Positions 40,242-50,623 are shown, counted from the stretch's first letter. The stretch: DNA of 64,000 bases from Candidatus Latescibacterota bacterium (GCA_965243025.1 CBDETY010000003.1:4352001-4416000); one strand, 5' to 3'. Numbers and translations: made by a program. Notes: a model not told the origin generated them from the sequence alone.

Positions 40242-43200
40242 ATGAACATACTGCGGCTCCCCGGCCCGAACGCCTTGTCCGATTTTCGCCGGGAGGCGCT
40301 GCTGCAGCGCTGCCGGCAGGCCGAGCCCGCGGTCCGGGGGCTGGAGGCGCGCCATTTCTACCTCGTTCACTGGCAGGGCGGCGACCGCGACCGCTTGGAA
40401 GCCCTGGTCTTCGGCGACCCCGCCGGCCCGGGCCGCACCCCCACCGAGGACCCTGACATAAGCGCAGCCACCTCCATCTGCATCGCTCCCCGCCCCGGGA
40501 CCATCTCCCCCTGGTCGACCAAGGCGACCGACATCCTGCGCAACTGCGGCCTGGCCTCGGTCGCCCGCATCGAGCGGGGCACCGAGTACCGCATCCTCGG
40601 AGACGGCCCTTTCTCCCCCGCCTCCCTGCTGCCCCTGCTGCACGACCGCATGACCGAGGCGGTCCTGCATGACGACGCCTCCCTCTTCTCCGAGGTCGCT
40701 CCGCGGCCGCTGCAGCGGGTATCCCTCGCCGAAGGGCCCGCGGCCCTGGAGCGGGCCAACGGGGAGATGGGCCTCGCCCTGTCGGACGACGAGATCCGCT
40801 ACCTGTTCGACGCCTTCGCTGCGCTCCGGCGCGACCCGACCGACGTCGAGCTGGTGATGTTCGCCAACGTCAACTCCGAGCACTGCCGCCACAAGATCTT
40901 CAACGCCGGCTGGACCGTCGACGGCGCCCGGCGCGAGCGCTCCCTGTTCGCCATGATCCGCCACACCCACGCGCGCTGCCCGCAGGGGACGGTGAAGGCG
41001 TACGCCGACAACGCCGGCGTCATCGAGGGCTGGCAAACGCCCTCGTTCCGCCCGGGCTCGGAGGGCCCCTTCGCCTACGGGTACCGCGACCAGCTGAGCC
41101 ACATCCTCTGCAAGGTGGAGACCCACAACCACCCGACGGCGATCTCCCCCTTCCCCGGGGCCTCGACCGGGGTCGGGGGCGAGATCCGCGACGAGGGGGC
41201 GACCGGCATCGGCGGCCAGTCCCAGGCCGGGCTCTGCGCCTTCTACACCTCCCACCTGCGCATCCCGGGATTCGCGCAGCCCTGGGAGCGCGACTTCGCC
41301 GAGTTCCCCGAGCGCTTGGCGACGCCGCTGCAGATCATGACCGACGGCCCCCTCGGCGGCGCCGCCTTCGGCAACGAGTTCGGCCGCCCCAACATCCTCG
41401 GCCTTTTCCGCACCTTCGAGGAGACCGCGGCCGGCCGCTACCGCGGCTACCACAAGCCGATCATGGTGGCCGGCGGGGTCGGCCTGATCTCCGCCGGGCA
41501 GGTCGAGAAGAAGCAGCCGCAGCCGGGGGACCGGGTGGTGCAGCTCGGCGGGCCGGCGATGCTGATCGGCCTCGGCGGCGGCTACGCCTCGAGCATGGAC
41601 AGCGGCAGCAACCTCGCCGACCTCGACTTCGCCTCGGTGCAGCGGGACAACCCGGAGATGCAGCGCCGCTGCCAGGAGCTGATCAGCCGCTGCATCTCCC
41701 TGGGGGACGCCAACCCCATCGTCAGCATCCACGACGTCGGCGCCGGCGGGCTGTCGAACGCCTGCCCGGAGCTGGTCGAGGGGCAGGGGGCCCGCTTCGA
41801 CCTGCGGGCGATCCCCAACGACGACCCGGGGATGAGCCCGATGGAGATCTGGTGCAACGAGGCGCAGGAGCGCTACGTGCTGGTGGTGCGGGCCGCCGAC
41901 CTGGAGCGCTTCGAGCGCCTCGCCCGCCGCGAGCGCTGCCTCCATGCCGTCATCGGCGAGATCACCGGCGACGGCAACTTGTCCGTGTCCGACCCGCTGC
42001 TCGGGGGCAACCCGGTCGGGGAGATGCCGCTCGAGGTCATCCTCGGAAAGCCGCCGCGCATGCACCGCGACGTCAGCCGCGGCGCCGGCCGGCCTGAGCC
42101 CCTCGACCTTTCGGAGGTGACCATCGCCGAAGCAGTCGGCCGTCTGCTGCGCTTCCCCGCGGTCGCCGACAAGACCTTTCTCATTACGATCGCCGACCGC
42201 ACGGTCACCGGCCTGATCGCCCGCGACCAGATGGCCGGCCCCTGGCAGACGCCGATCTCCGACGTCGCGGTGACCGCGGCCTCGTTCCGCGACTTCCGCG
42301 GATCCGCCATGGCCATGGGAGAGCGCGCGCCGCTGGCGCTGATCGACCCGCCGGCTTCGGGGCGCATGGCGATCGCCGAGGCGGTCACCAACATCGCCGC
42401 GGCCCGGATCGGGCCCATCGAAAAGGTCAAGCTCTCCGCCAACTGGATGTGCGCCTGCGGCGAGGAGGGGGAGGACGCCGCCCTTTACGACACGGTCGAG
42501 GCGGTCGGCATGGAGTTCTGCCCGCGGCTCGGTGTCTCTATTCCGGTCGGCAAGGACTCCCTGTCGATGCGGGCGGCCTGGCGCGACAGCCGCGGCGCCG
42601 ACCACTCCATCGCCGCCCCCCTGAGCCTGGTGGTCTCGGCGTTCGCCCCGGTCGCCGACATCCGCGCAACGGTCACCCCGGACCTCAAGCCGGAGGCGGA
42701 CAGCCGCCTGCTGCTGATCGACCTCGGGCGCGGCCGCAACCGCCTCGGGGGCTCCTGCCTTGCCCAGGTCTACAGCCAGGTCGGGGACGAGGCCCCCGAC
42801 GTCGAGCCGGAGGACGTGCGCCGGCTGTTCGCCGCGGTGCAGGAGCTGATTGCCGAAGGGCTGCTGCTCGCATACCACGACCGCTCCGACGGCGGGCTGT
42901 TCGTCGCCGCGGCCGAGATGGCTTTCGGGGCCCGAACCGGGCTGGAGCTGACCCTCGACGGGCTCGGCGAGGACCCGCTGGCGGCGCTGTTCTCCGAGGA
43001 GATCGGGGCCCTGCTGCAGGTCCGCGGCGCCGATCTCGAGCGGGTACTGGCGGTGGTGGAAGCGAACGGGCTCGCGAACTGCACGCACGAGGTCGGCCGC
43101 CCGGACAGCGGGGGAGCCGGACCCCGGGACAGCGACGGACCCGGTCGGCCGGGCAGCAGCGGTTCGGGACCCCAGAACAGCTACGGACCCGCCCCGGAGA

Positions 43201-44597
43201 GCAGCGGCCCGGAACCTCGGAACGGCGGGGACACCCGCCCGGGCAGCGGAGAAACCCGCCCGGAAAAGAGCAGCACCAGCCGCCAGGACAGGGGGGACGC
43301 CGACCCGGGCAGGAGCAGCCCTGACATCGGCGGGGCCGGCCCGGACAGCGGGGGCGCCGGCCAGGACAGGGATGGCGCCGGCCTCCAGGGCAGCGACGAA
43401 CCCGCCCCGGAGAGCAGCGGCCCGGAACCTCGGAACGGCGGGGACACCGGCCCGGGCAGCGGAGAAACCCGCCCGGAAAAAAGCAGCACCAGCCGCCAGG
43501 ACAGCGGGGACGCCGACCCGGGCAGCAGCGGCCCCCTCAGCCCGGACAACGGCGGGGCCGGCGGCACCAACCGTCGCGAGATCGTCATCCTTCAAAACGG
43601 CGCCGAGCTCTTCCGGGAACCCACAGCCGAACTGAAAGCCGCCTGGTCCGAGCTGACCTTCCGCATGCAGGCCCTGCGCGACAACCCGGACTGCGCCGCA
43701 GAGGAGCGGGCCTTCAACGCCGACTTCTCCGACCCGGGGCCGCGCTACGCGGTCGCATTCGACCCCGCCTCGACGGCCCCGGACAAATCCGAAACCAGAC
43801 CACCCGGGACCGGCCTGACGGCTCCGCGCGCCGCCATCCTTCGCGAGCAGGGCATAAACGGCCAGGTCGAGATGGCCGCCGCCTTCGACGCGGCCGGGTT
43901 CGAGGCGGTCGACGTCACCATGACCGACCTGATCGACGGCCGCGCCGACCTCTCCGGGTTCCAAGCGCTGGCCGCCTGCGGGGGCTTCAGCTACGGCGAC
44001 GTGCTCGGAGCCGGCGCCGGGTGGGCGCGCTCGATCCTGTTCAACGAGCCGCTCCGCGACATGTTCGCCGCCTTCTTCGCGCGCCCCGGCACGGTGACCC
44101 TCGGGGTCTGCAACGGCTGCCAGATGCTCGCCCATCTCGCCGCGCTGATTCCCGGCAGCGAGGGCTGGCCGCGCTTCGCCCGCAACCGCAGCGAGCAGTT
44201 CGAGGCGCGCCAGGTCACGGTCGAGGTCGAGGCGACGCGGTCGGTGCTGCTTTCCGGCATGGAGGGGTCGCGGCTGCCGATCGCCGTCGCCCACGGCGAG
44301 GGCCGTGTCGAGTTCCCGGAGGGCGGTTTCGAGCGGCTGTCGGCGAACGATCAGCTCGGAATGCGCTACGTCGACAACCGCGGGCAGGCGGCGGACAGCT
44401 ACCCGTTCAACCCGAACGGCTCGACCGCGGGAGTGGCCGCGGCGACCAGCGACGACGGCCGCGTCACCATCATGATGCCGCACCCGGAGCGGGTCTTCCG
44501 CAACGTGCAGCTGTCCTACCGCCCCGGAGACTGGGACGCATCCGCCTTCAGCCCGTGGATCGAGCTGTTCCGCGGGGCGTATCGTTTCGTGAAGTAA
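40242..44597 (+). CDS. purL: Phosphoribosylformylglycinamidine synthase (large fused form) with an internal repeat insertion
   Basis: NSEHCRHKIFN, KVETHNHPT, GGEIRDEGATG, HDVGAGG, GGFSYGD, GVCNGCQ, MPHPER. Confidence 0.97.
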   Translation: MNILRLPGPNALSDFRREALLQRCRQAEPAVRGLEARHFYLVHWQGGDRDRLEALVFGDPAGPGRTPTEDPDISAATSICIAPRPGTISPWSTKATDILRNCGLASVARIERGTEYRILGDGPFSPASLLPLLHDRMTEAVLHDDASLFSEVAPRPLQRVSLAEGPAALERANGEMGLALSDDEIRYLFDAFAALRRDPTDVELVMFANVNSEHCRHKIFNAGWTVDGARRERSLFAMIRHTHARCPQGTVKAYADNAGVIEGWQTPSFRPGSEGPFAYGYRDQLSHILCKVETHNHPTAISPFPGASTGVGGEIRDEGATGIGGQSQAGLCAFYTSHLRIPGFAQPWERDFAEFPERLATPLQIMTDGPLGGAAFGNEFGRPNILGLFRTFEETAAGRYRGYHKPIMVAGGVGLISAGQVEKKQPQPGDRVVQLGGPAMLIGLGGGYASSMDSGSNLADLDFASVQRDNPEMQRRCQELISRCISLGDANPIVSIHDVGAGGLSNACPELVEGQGARFDLRAIPNDDPGMSPMEIWCNEAQERYVLVVRAADLERFERLARRERCLHAVIGEITGDGNLSVSDPLLGGNPVGEMPLEVILGKPPRMHRDVSRGAGRPEPLDLSEVTIAEAVGRLLRFPAVADKTFLITIADRTVTGLIARDQMAGPWQTPISDVAVTAASFRDFRGSAMAMGERAPLALIDPPASGRMAIAEAVTNIAAARIGPIEKVKLSANWMCACGEEGEDAALYDTVEAVGMEFCPRLGVSIPVGKDSLSMRAAWRDSRGADHSIAAPLSLVVSAFAPVADIRATVTPDLKPEADSRLLLIDLGRGRNRLGGSCLAQVYSQVGDEAPDVEPEDVRRLFAAVQELIAEGLLLAYHDRSDGGLFVAAAEMAFGARTGLELTLDGLGEDPLAALFSEEIGALLQVRGADLERVLAVVEANGLANCTHEVGRPDSGGAGPRDSDGPGRPGSSGSGPQNSYGPAPESSGPEPRNGGDTRPGSGETRPEKSSTSRQDRGDADPGRSSPDIGGAGPDSGGAGQDRDGAGLQGSDEPAPESSGPEPRNGGDTGPGSGETRPEKSSTSRQDSGDADPGSSGPLSPDNGGAGGTNRREIVILQNGAELFREPTAELKAAWSELTFRMQALRDNPDCAAEERAFNADFSDPGPRYAVAFDPASTAPDKSETRPPGTGLTAPRAAILREQGINGQVEMAAAFDAAGFEAVDVTMTDLIDGRADLSGFQALAACGGFSYGDVLGAGAGWARSILFNEPLRDMFAAFFARPGTVTLGVCNGCQMLAHLAALIPGSEGWPRFARNRSEQFEARQVTVEVEATRSVLLSGMEGSRLPIAVAHGEGRVEFPEGGFERLSANDQLGMRYVDNRGQAADSYPFNPNGSTAGVAAATSDDGRVTIMMPHPERVFRNVQLSYRPGDWDASAFSPWIELFRGAYRFVK
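43104..43565 (+). repeat. In-frame minisatellite inside purL: degenerate 21-24-bp units plus a ~130-bp block duplicated at a 213-bp offset
   Basis: PAPESSGPEPRNGGDT.PGSGETRPEKSSTSRQD.GDADPG occurs twice (~43188 and ~43401). Confidence 0.92.
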
Positions 44598-44633
44598 TTG
44601 GATTGTCCGGCGCCTTCCGGGACGCCGGATTTA

Positions 44634-44805
44634 CAGTGCCTGCGCGCGCAGGTCCCGCTTGAATTCGGCCGCCGCTGCATTCGGTTCGCGGCGTTGCCCT
44701 CGCGCAGGCTTACCCGGCAGAATCCCGGCCTCTGTAGCATCGGCGAAAGAACGCCGTTGGTCCTTTCCTTCGTTCGTGGCCTTACTTAATCGCGCGCAGG
44801 CACTG
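44634..44805. mobile_element. 172-bp MITE-like element with perfect 15-bp terminal inverted repeats
   Basis: cagtgcctgcgcgcg (44634-44648) and cgcgcgcaggcactg (44791-44805); no target-site duplication seen. Confidence 0.5.
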
Positions 44806-44841
44806 ACGCCGCGCGCGGCGCCGGGCGTGAAAGGAGTCGTT

Positions 44842-45579
44842 ATGACCGACGGACAGCAGATCGACATGACCCCGCTCGACTACGGGCGCTCGTTCCTGAT
44901 CGGGAAGGGGGCCGCCAACGAGGTGCGCTTCTGGATCGAGTCGCGCACCCGCATCCTCGACGACCGCGAGGGGGTCTGCGAGGATTTCTACCAGACCGCC
45001 TCCTGCAAGAGCGAGAACACCTTCGACGAGAAGGACCTGTTCCAGGCGGACAACTACGACTTCCTGCCGATCTTCAGCGCCCGCCACGGCCTGATTTTCC
45101 GGCGCCACGCCTACCTCAGCGACCGCTACCGGGACACGCGGCCGTACGAGGAGATGTTCGGCGGCTACGACCTGCACCTGGTGGAAGGGTCCGCGGTGCG
45201 CGAGCTGCCCTCGAACGCCGCGGTCCGCGAGGAGACCTACCGCTTCGCGCCGCTGGTCTCGCAGACCGAAATCGGCGACGACGGCACCGGGCTGCGGGCC
45301 CTGATCGAGTGCCCGGTGAAGACGATGAACACGCGCCGCGAGGACGACATCTACCAGGTCGACACCGGTCCGCTCGCCTTCCCCGACCTGTCTGAGCGGC
45401 CGGAGCGGCTCGTCGACTGCCTGGCGCTCGCTTTCGTCGCCTTCAACGCCCCCCACTTCGCCGACTTCGTGATCGAGGCGCCGACGGCGATCGACGCCGG
45501 GCACCCGGACCTGCAGGTGCGGCATTACTCGAAGATCGTCAGCCTGCCGGCGCGCAACCGGCTGTTCGCGGTCGAGTAG
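44842..45579 (+). CDS. Hypothetical protein (245 aa)
   Basis: ATG after AAAGGAG; strong GC3 codon bias. Confidence 0.8.
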   Translation: MTDGQQIDMTPLDYGRSFLIGKGAANEVRFWIESRTRILDDREGVCEDFYQTASCKSENTFDEKDLFQADNYDFLPIFSARHGLIFRRHAYLSDRYRDTRPYEEMFGGYDLHLVEGSAVRELPSNAAVREETYRFAPLVSQTEIGDDGTGLRALIECPVKTMNTRREDDIYQVDTGPLAFPDLSERPERLVDCLALAFVAFNAPHFADFVIEAPTAIDAGHPDLQVRHYSKIVSLPARNRLFAVE

Positions 45580-45584
45580 GGGTT

Positions 45585-45741
45585 TCAGCGGACCGGTCAG
45601 GCCTTCAGCGGCCCCGGCCGAGGGGCTCAGCGAATTCGGTCAGGTCCCTGACAATCCCGGCCCTGGGTATGGGCCTGCGGTTTGTCAGGGGGCCAAGCGC
45701 CCGGGAAGGCCCCCAGCGGTCAGGCTCTCAGCGGTCCGGCC
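45585..45741. repeat. Degenerate ~20-bp repeats resembling the end of the amidohydrolase gene
   Basis: tcagcg at 45585, 45605, 45627 and 45728 (the stop), cagcgg at 45714, often followed by cggtcagg. Confidence 0.55.
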
Positions 45742-46555
45742 ACTCGTAGGCGGCCCTGGCGTTCTTCCAGAAGAACTTCTCCGCCGCCTCGGCCCCCTTC
45801 CCGTCGAAGTATTCCCGCACGATGCCGAAGCAGGTGGCGTAGGTCGCCGCGCGCTCGCACACCGGCCAGTTGCTGCCGAAGAACAGACGCTCCTCGCCGA
45901 AGGCGTTCCACATCGCATCGAGGGCCGGCCGGTAGTAGTCGACGTCGCCGGGGGCGGGCTGCTCGGTGCTGTTTTCCGTATACGCCGACACCTTCATGTA
46001 GACGTTGGAGTTGGCGCCCGCGGCCTGGATGAAGGCGACCCAGTCCGGGTCGGGCGGCCCGCCGTCGATGGGAACGCTGGCGACGTGCTCGATCACCAGG
46101 GTGAGGTCCGGCAGCTCGCGGGCGAGCCGCAGCATGCCGGCGCGCGCCTCGGCGTCACCCGGCATGCAGTCGAGGACGAGGTTCTTCTCCGCCAGCAGCT
46201 TCGTCTCGTCGAGGAAGCCGCCGTCGAGGTCCCCCCAGGCGCGGATGCCGCGGAAGACGGGATGGGCGGAGAAGCGCTCCACCTGTCCGGCGAACTGGGG
46301 GGTGCCGCTTTCCAGCCTCCCCACGTAGCCGACGATGACGGGGTCGCGGTCGGCCATGTCGAGAATCCACTGGTTGTCCTCGACCGTGCAGGCCGCCTCG
46401 ACCACCACGGTCCCGGTCACCCCGTGCGGAGAGGCTTCCGCCACGAAGTGCTCGGGCAGCACGGTGCGGTAGAGGAGCTTGTTGTCCGGGGGCGGCCAGG
46501 GAACGCCTTCGGGCCGGGTGGGATCGTAGAAGTGGGTGTGGGTGTCGATGATCAT
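45728..46555 (-). CDS. Amidohydrolase_2 family (sugar-lactonase-like)
   Basis: IDTHTH, VIEH, MKVS, FGSNWPV. Confidence 0.88.
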   Translation of the reverse strand: MIIDTHTHFYDPTRPEGVPWPPPDNKLLYRTVLPEHFVAEASPHGVTGTVVVEAACTVEDNQWILDMADRDPVIVGYVGRLESGTPQFAGQVERFSAHPVFRGIRAWGDLDGGFLDETKLLAEKNLVLDCMPGDAEARAGMLRLARELPDLTLVIEHVASVPIDGGPPDPDWVAFIQAAGANSNVYMKVSAYTENSTEQPAPGDVDYYRPALDAMWNAFGEERLFFGSNWPVCERAATYATCFGIVREYFDGKGAEAAEKFFWKNARAAYEWPDR

Positions 46556-46660
46556 GGAGGTCTCCGTTCAGGTGGTGAGTCGCTGCCGCGAAGATAGGGC
46601 GCCTCCAACCGGTCCGCAGGTGTGGAGGCTCTGCGGGCTCCAGCGGCCCCGGCCGGTTCG

Positions 46661-47452
46661 TTATGCGAGGGCTTCCCGGACCACCTGCCCGGCCCAGTCC
46701 TCCGCCGGCGCCACTTCGAGCAGGGCGGCAATGGTCGCCGGGTTGTCGATGATGCTCACCGGCTCCCGCAGGCTGCGTCCGGGGGACACCCCAGGACCGG
46801 CGATCACCCAGGGAATGGTCATGTCCTCGTCCATCTCGGTGCCGTGGGTGCGCTCGTGCCCCCCGTGGTCGCTGGTGACGATGACCGCGGTCTCTTCCAG
46901 GTCGACCGCCTCCAGCACCGCGCCGATGGCCTCGTCCGCCCGCCCGATGGCGGCGAGGTATTCGGCCGACATCCAGCCGTGGCCGTGCCCTGCTATATCG
47001 GTGCAGCCGAGGTAGACGAAGGCGAAGTCGGGCGTCCATTCCCGCAGCGTCGCCGCGGCCAGGCCGGCCAACTCCCGGTCGCCCTCCGGCTCGCGGGTAT
47101 TGTTCATGAAGCAGGAGCGATCCAGCGAGCCCGGGTCGGCCAGGTCGCGCAGCTGTTCCCAGTTGTAGAAGAAGGCGGTGCGCTTCCCTGCCCGGTGCAG
47201 CACGTCGACCAAGCTGGGCACCGGTCTGACCTGGGGGACCCAGGTGTTGGTGGTGATGCCGTGCCGTTCCGGGGTCACGCCGCGAAACATCGAGGTGTGG
47301 CATGGCAGGGTTGCCGAGGGCATCACGGTGCGGGCCGTCCAGGTGCAGGCGCCCCGGCTGATCAGGCGGTCGACGCAGGGGGTGGATGCCTGCTGCAAGC
47401 CGTCGGGCCGCAGTCCGTCGAGGACGAAGAGGATGACGCGTTGTGGGGGCAT
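46661..47452 (-). CDS. Alkaline-phosphatase superfamily nucleotide pyrophosphatase/phosphodiesterase
   Basis: LDGLRPD, PSATLP.H, D.AGH.HG, TSDHGG. Confidence 0.88.
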   Translation of the reverse strand: MPPQRVILFVLDGLRPDGLQQASTPCVDRLISRGACTWTARTVMPSATLPCHTSMFRGVTPERHGITTNTWVPQVRPVPSLVDVLHRAGKRTAFFYNWEQLRDLADPGSLDRSCFMNNTREPEGDRELAGLAAATLREWTPDFAFVYLGCTDIAGHGHGWMSAEYLAAIGRADEAIGAVLEAVDLEETAVIVTSDHGGHERTHGTEMDEDMTIPWVIAGPGVSPGRSLREPVSIIDNPATIAALLEVAPAEDWAGQVVREALA

Positions 47453-47580
47453 GGGATCCTGGGCTCATGAGGAAGGAATACGGCAGTTTCCAGCTTGGCA
47501 TGCTCACGGCATCGGGTGCATGCGCGAACTTCGTGCGCTCTCCGCAGTTGTCAACCGGCCTGCTCCGCCGACTCTGCACC

Positions 47581-48306
47581 CTAATCCCAGCTCGGGATCG
47601 GGGTCTGCAGCGGATCGTCGATCCAGAGAAAGCGCCCGTTGACGTCGCTCTCGACGATGTCGATCACGAGCCTGGCCGCCTTCTCCGGCGGATCCCCTCC
47701 CGTTTGCTCCACCCACTCCACCCAGTCGTGGTAGCCGCTCTCGCTGACGGTGCCCATCTTGTCGCGGATATCCGCCCACATCGAGGTCTTGACGTCGCCG
47801 GGATGGATGACGTTCGCCGTGACGCCCGTCCCCTCCAGTTCGGCCGCAAGGTGCCGGGTGAACTGGTTGAGAGCGACCTTCGCCGTGCCGTAGGCGCTGT
47901 TCAGCCGTCCGGGCGTGTGCAGCGACGCCGCGGACGAAAGGTTCACGATCCGGCCCCAGCCTGCGTCCAGCATACCGCCGAGGAACGCGCGGGACACGAG
48001 ATAGGGCCCCACCGCATCAATCATGAGCGTTTCGACCCATTCTTCGGGGTCGCTGTCCTGTACGAGGGCGATCGGGCCGAAGACCCCGGCGGCATTGACG
48101 AGAACGGTGGGCCGGCCGAGCTCGGCTTCGACCGCGGTTTTGAGGCGGTCGACATCGGCCGGGTTCGAGACATCCGCGGTGAATCGCGCCAAGCGGCGCG
48201 CGACGGTTGCGACGGCGAGGCCGCGCGCCTCCAGCGCATCTGCGATTGCCTGTCCGACGCCGCGGCTGGCTCCAGTGACGACTGCGACGTGTCCTTCGAG
48301 GTTCAT
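47581..48306 (-). CDS. Short-chain dehydrogenase/reductase
   Basis: TGASRGVG, NAAG, YGTAK. Confidence 0.9.
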   Translation of the reverse strand: MNLEGHVAVVTGASRGVGQAIADALEARGLAVATVARRLARFTADVSNPADVDRLKTAVEAELGRPTVLVNAAGVFGPIALVQDSDPEEWVETLMIDAVGPYLVSRAFLGGMLDAGWGRIVNLSSAASLHTPGRLNSAYGTAKVALNQFTRHLAAELEGTGVTANVIHPGDVKTSMWADIRDKMGTVSESGYHDWVEWVEQTGGDPPEKAARLVIDIVESDVNGRFLWIDDPLQTPIPSWD

Positions 48307-48381
48307 GTTCTGGTCTCGGCTGTCACCATGCGATTGGGCATTTGATTGTCTGATTTCAAGCGGCCCCCCTCCTTCATGAAT

Positions 48382-48412
48382 AAAAAGGAAAGCCTCTCAC
48401 AGCAGGCTTTCC
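48382..48412 (-). terminator. Intrinsic terminator-like hairpin at the left edge of the low-GC island
   Basis: ggaaagcct/aggctttcc stem followed by T5 on the minus strand. Confidence 0.65.
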
Positions 48413-49000
48413 GCTTCAGGGCGGGTTCATCAAAGTAAAGTCCCACCTTCACCGTCCTGCCCCCGCTTCCCACATCATACACACCATAGCCTTTTCTCCG
48501 GTCGGCCGCACTGCCCGGGCGTTGGGCGGTGAGGAACAGTCGCGGCCTGCAGGGGGGTGTATCAACCCCGAAGCAGGTGAACGCCAGGCTTGAATTGGCA
48601 GTGGAAGGAATTTTGAGCCCCCAAAGGCGTGCATGTGGCTGTCCCGCCGTGGATTGGCCCTCGAAAAGTATCACCGAAATGTCACGGATAGGGGATTGTT
48701 TGTCACCGACAAATTCCTTTCTAATGCAAGCAAAACCTAAACCGGAGTTCTGAATTTCCAAAATAATCCTGCCGATTCAGGAACCGGATCCCCGGTCGCC
48801 GGACGACCCTGGAGGAATCCCTGGCCTTTTGGTGGTCAAAGTGTCGAAAGACACGTATCGCGAGTAGGTGTCGTGTGGGAACGATCGAGACCCTTGGCAC
48901 CCCTTCCCGACATCGGCCTAACGGCGTCAATGTGGGGGTTCCTGATCAAGGTTACCGGATTGGAGACAGCACTTTACGCGGACACACCACATTCAGGGAC

Positions 49001-49045
49001 GGTGAGGGCGGCCACGATCCGCAGGCGCCCGCCACAGGCCGGGCA
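49001..49045 (-). mobile_element. Remnant of an IS91/ISCR-like transposase C-terminus (copy 1)
   Basis: Minus strand reads CPACGGRLRIVAALT. Confidence 0.6.
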
Positions 49046-49157
49046 GCCGCTGGGGGAAGAAGGAGCGGTGGGGTTTCGTCCCGGCAGCACAGTCGAGATC
49101 GGCGCCAACGGCCGGTGGATGGACTTCAAACCAATCTATAAAAAGGGAGCATGTGTT

Positions 49158-50612
49158 ATGACAGGCATAGGATACCCTTCATTCCGCACTCAGCTTAGCC
49201 ATCGGGTCCGTCGGATGCCAGCCTGCCTGGTCTTTCTCTTGCTTTCGCCCATCGGTCTTACAGGGCAGGAAGCCGGACAAGTGGAACTCTACACCCAGGA
49301 CGGCGTCCAGACGCGGTCCTACAATTCGCCAACAGTCGTGGACGTGGGCTTACCCACCCCGGTGGACATACCCTCGGCCGTGACCGGAACCGGACAGGGG
49401 ACGCGCCTGACCGAGGTGGAATTCGTGGTACGGGAGGGGGAAGGTGGTCGGGTAGCACAGAGCATACCCAACAATGGAATAGGCGGTATCACGGAGGATC
49501 TAGCGGGCAATCTGTGGGTGGCAACCGGAGGAGGCCTCAGCCGCTTCGACGGCCAAACCTGGACGACCTTCACTGGAGAGGATGGTCTTTCAAGCCGCGG
49601 AATCAGGGATGTGGAAGTGGATCTACAGGGGCATGTGTGGGCTATCGATGGGGCCGGCATCAGCCGCTTCGATGGTCAGAGGTGGCATCATTACAAAGGC
49701 ATGCCCAATGGGATAGATCTGGCTGCGGCGCCGAATGGGGATATCTGGTATGTCGCCGAATTCAAGCTTTATCGTTTCGATGGGGAGGACTGGTGGAAAT
49801 ACGGCTATGAAGATGGGATTCCTGATCGAGCCGAAATTGAACGGATAACAGTAGACCGGTCCGGTACCTTATGGGCCGCTTTTATCATACATGGCTTAGA
49901 TACAGAGGCTGAGCCAGATTGGTATATCCTAACCTCATTTGACGGCCACCAGTGGACCTCTTATCAGCTCTATGGGGGAGCAAAAGGGTTTTTTGAGGAT
50001 AGCAGGAATCGACTCTGGGTGGGATCAAGTGATGGCTTATATGTGAGGGAGAATCAGACGTGGCGTCGATACGACAGAGGCAGAAGGCGTTGGGTAGGAC
50101 ATATAAGTATGGCGGAATATGAGGATGGCAAATTCTGGATAAGGAATGGGAACGAATTTGGTTGGTTGGATGGAACCAAATGGACCTATTTTCCTTGGGA
50201 GGAATTCAGGCCTGGGGTTCTGTTGATGGATAGCCAAGGCAATCTATGGATCACCTCGCGCAACGGACTGTTGAAGTGGGCATCCAGGGATCTCCCTACG
50301 CATATTGAAGGACAATCTGACGCCACCGAACCTCGCTCTTTCAACCTGATGCAAAACTATCCGAATCCCTTTAATCGGGAGACCCATATTGGGTTTCACC
50401 TGGGGAAACGGGTGAATCTTTCCCTGCAAGTATTCAATGCGACCGGCCAATCGGTGGCCACCTTGATGGCCGGAGCCTACCCAGCCGGAGCCTATCAGAC
50501 CCATTGGGACGGGCGGGATGATCAGGGGCAGGCAGTGGCCAGTGGGCTCTATGTCTACCGGTTGAATACGAATTCCTGGGAGTCCAACCGCAAGATGGTT
50601 CTGGTCAAATAA
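49158..50612 (+). CDS. Secreted beta-propeller (two-component-regulator-propeller repeats) + FlgD-Ig protein, copy A
   Basis: D..GNLWVAT..GLSRFDG..W repeats; QNYPNPFN...WDGRD..G..VASGLY. Confidence 0.85.
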   Translation: MTGIGYPSFRTQLSHRVRRMPACLVFLLLSPIGLTGQEAGQVELYTQDGVQTRSYNSPTVVDVGLPTPVDIPSAVTGTGQGTRLTEVEFVVREGEGGRVAQSIPNNGIGGITEDLAGNLWVATGGGLSRFDGQTWTTFTGEDGLSSRGIRDVEVDLQGHVWAIDGAGISRFDGQRWHHYKGMPNGIDLAAAPNGDIWYVAEFKLYRFDGEDWWKYGYEDGIPDRAEIERITVDRSGTLWAAFIIHGLDTEAEPDWYILTSFDGHQWTSYQLYGGAKGFFEDSRNRLWVGSSDGLYVRENQTWRRYDRGRRRWVGHISMAEYEDGKFWIRNGNEFGWLDGTKWTYFPWEEFRPGVLLMDSQGNLWITSRNGLLKWASRDLPTHIEGQSDATEPRSFNLMQNYPNPFNRETHIGFHLGKRVNLSLQVFNATGQSVATLMAGAYPAGAYQTHWDGRDDQGQAVASGLYVYRLNTNSWESNRKMVLVK

Positions 50613-50623
50613 GGGGCGCATAA

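Noticed and set aside
43104-43565. Intein in PurL
   Set aside because: Low-complexity repeats without an N-terminal Cys/Ser block or a C-terminal His-Asn splice motif
40233-44483. 1416-aa antisense ORF and other long shadow ORFs (e.g. 2760-5096, 25360-27519, 1423-3078)
   Set aside because: These are mirror frames of real high-GC3 genes with no protein motifs
48303-48761. 152-aa ORF in the gap before the island
   Set aside because: No recognisable motif or codon bias, and it runs through a terminator-like hairpin
48833-48962. c-di-GMP-I riboswitch (gtgtc-gaaa-gacac hairpin, ggcctaa, ggttacc)
   Set aside because: Spacing is wrong and the GACGCAAA junction is missing; an Infernal search would settle it
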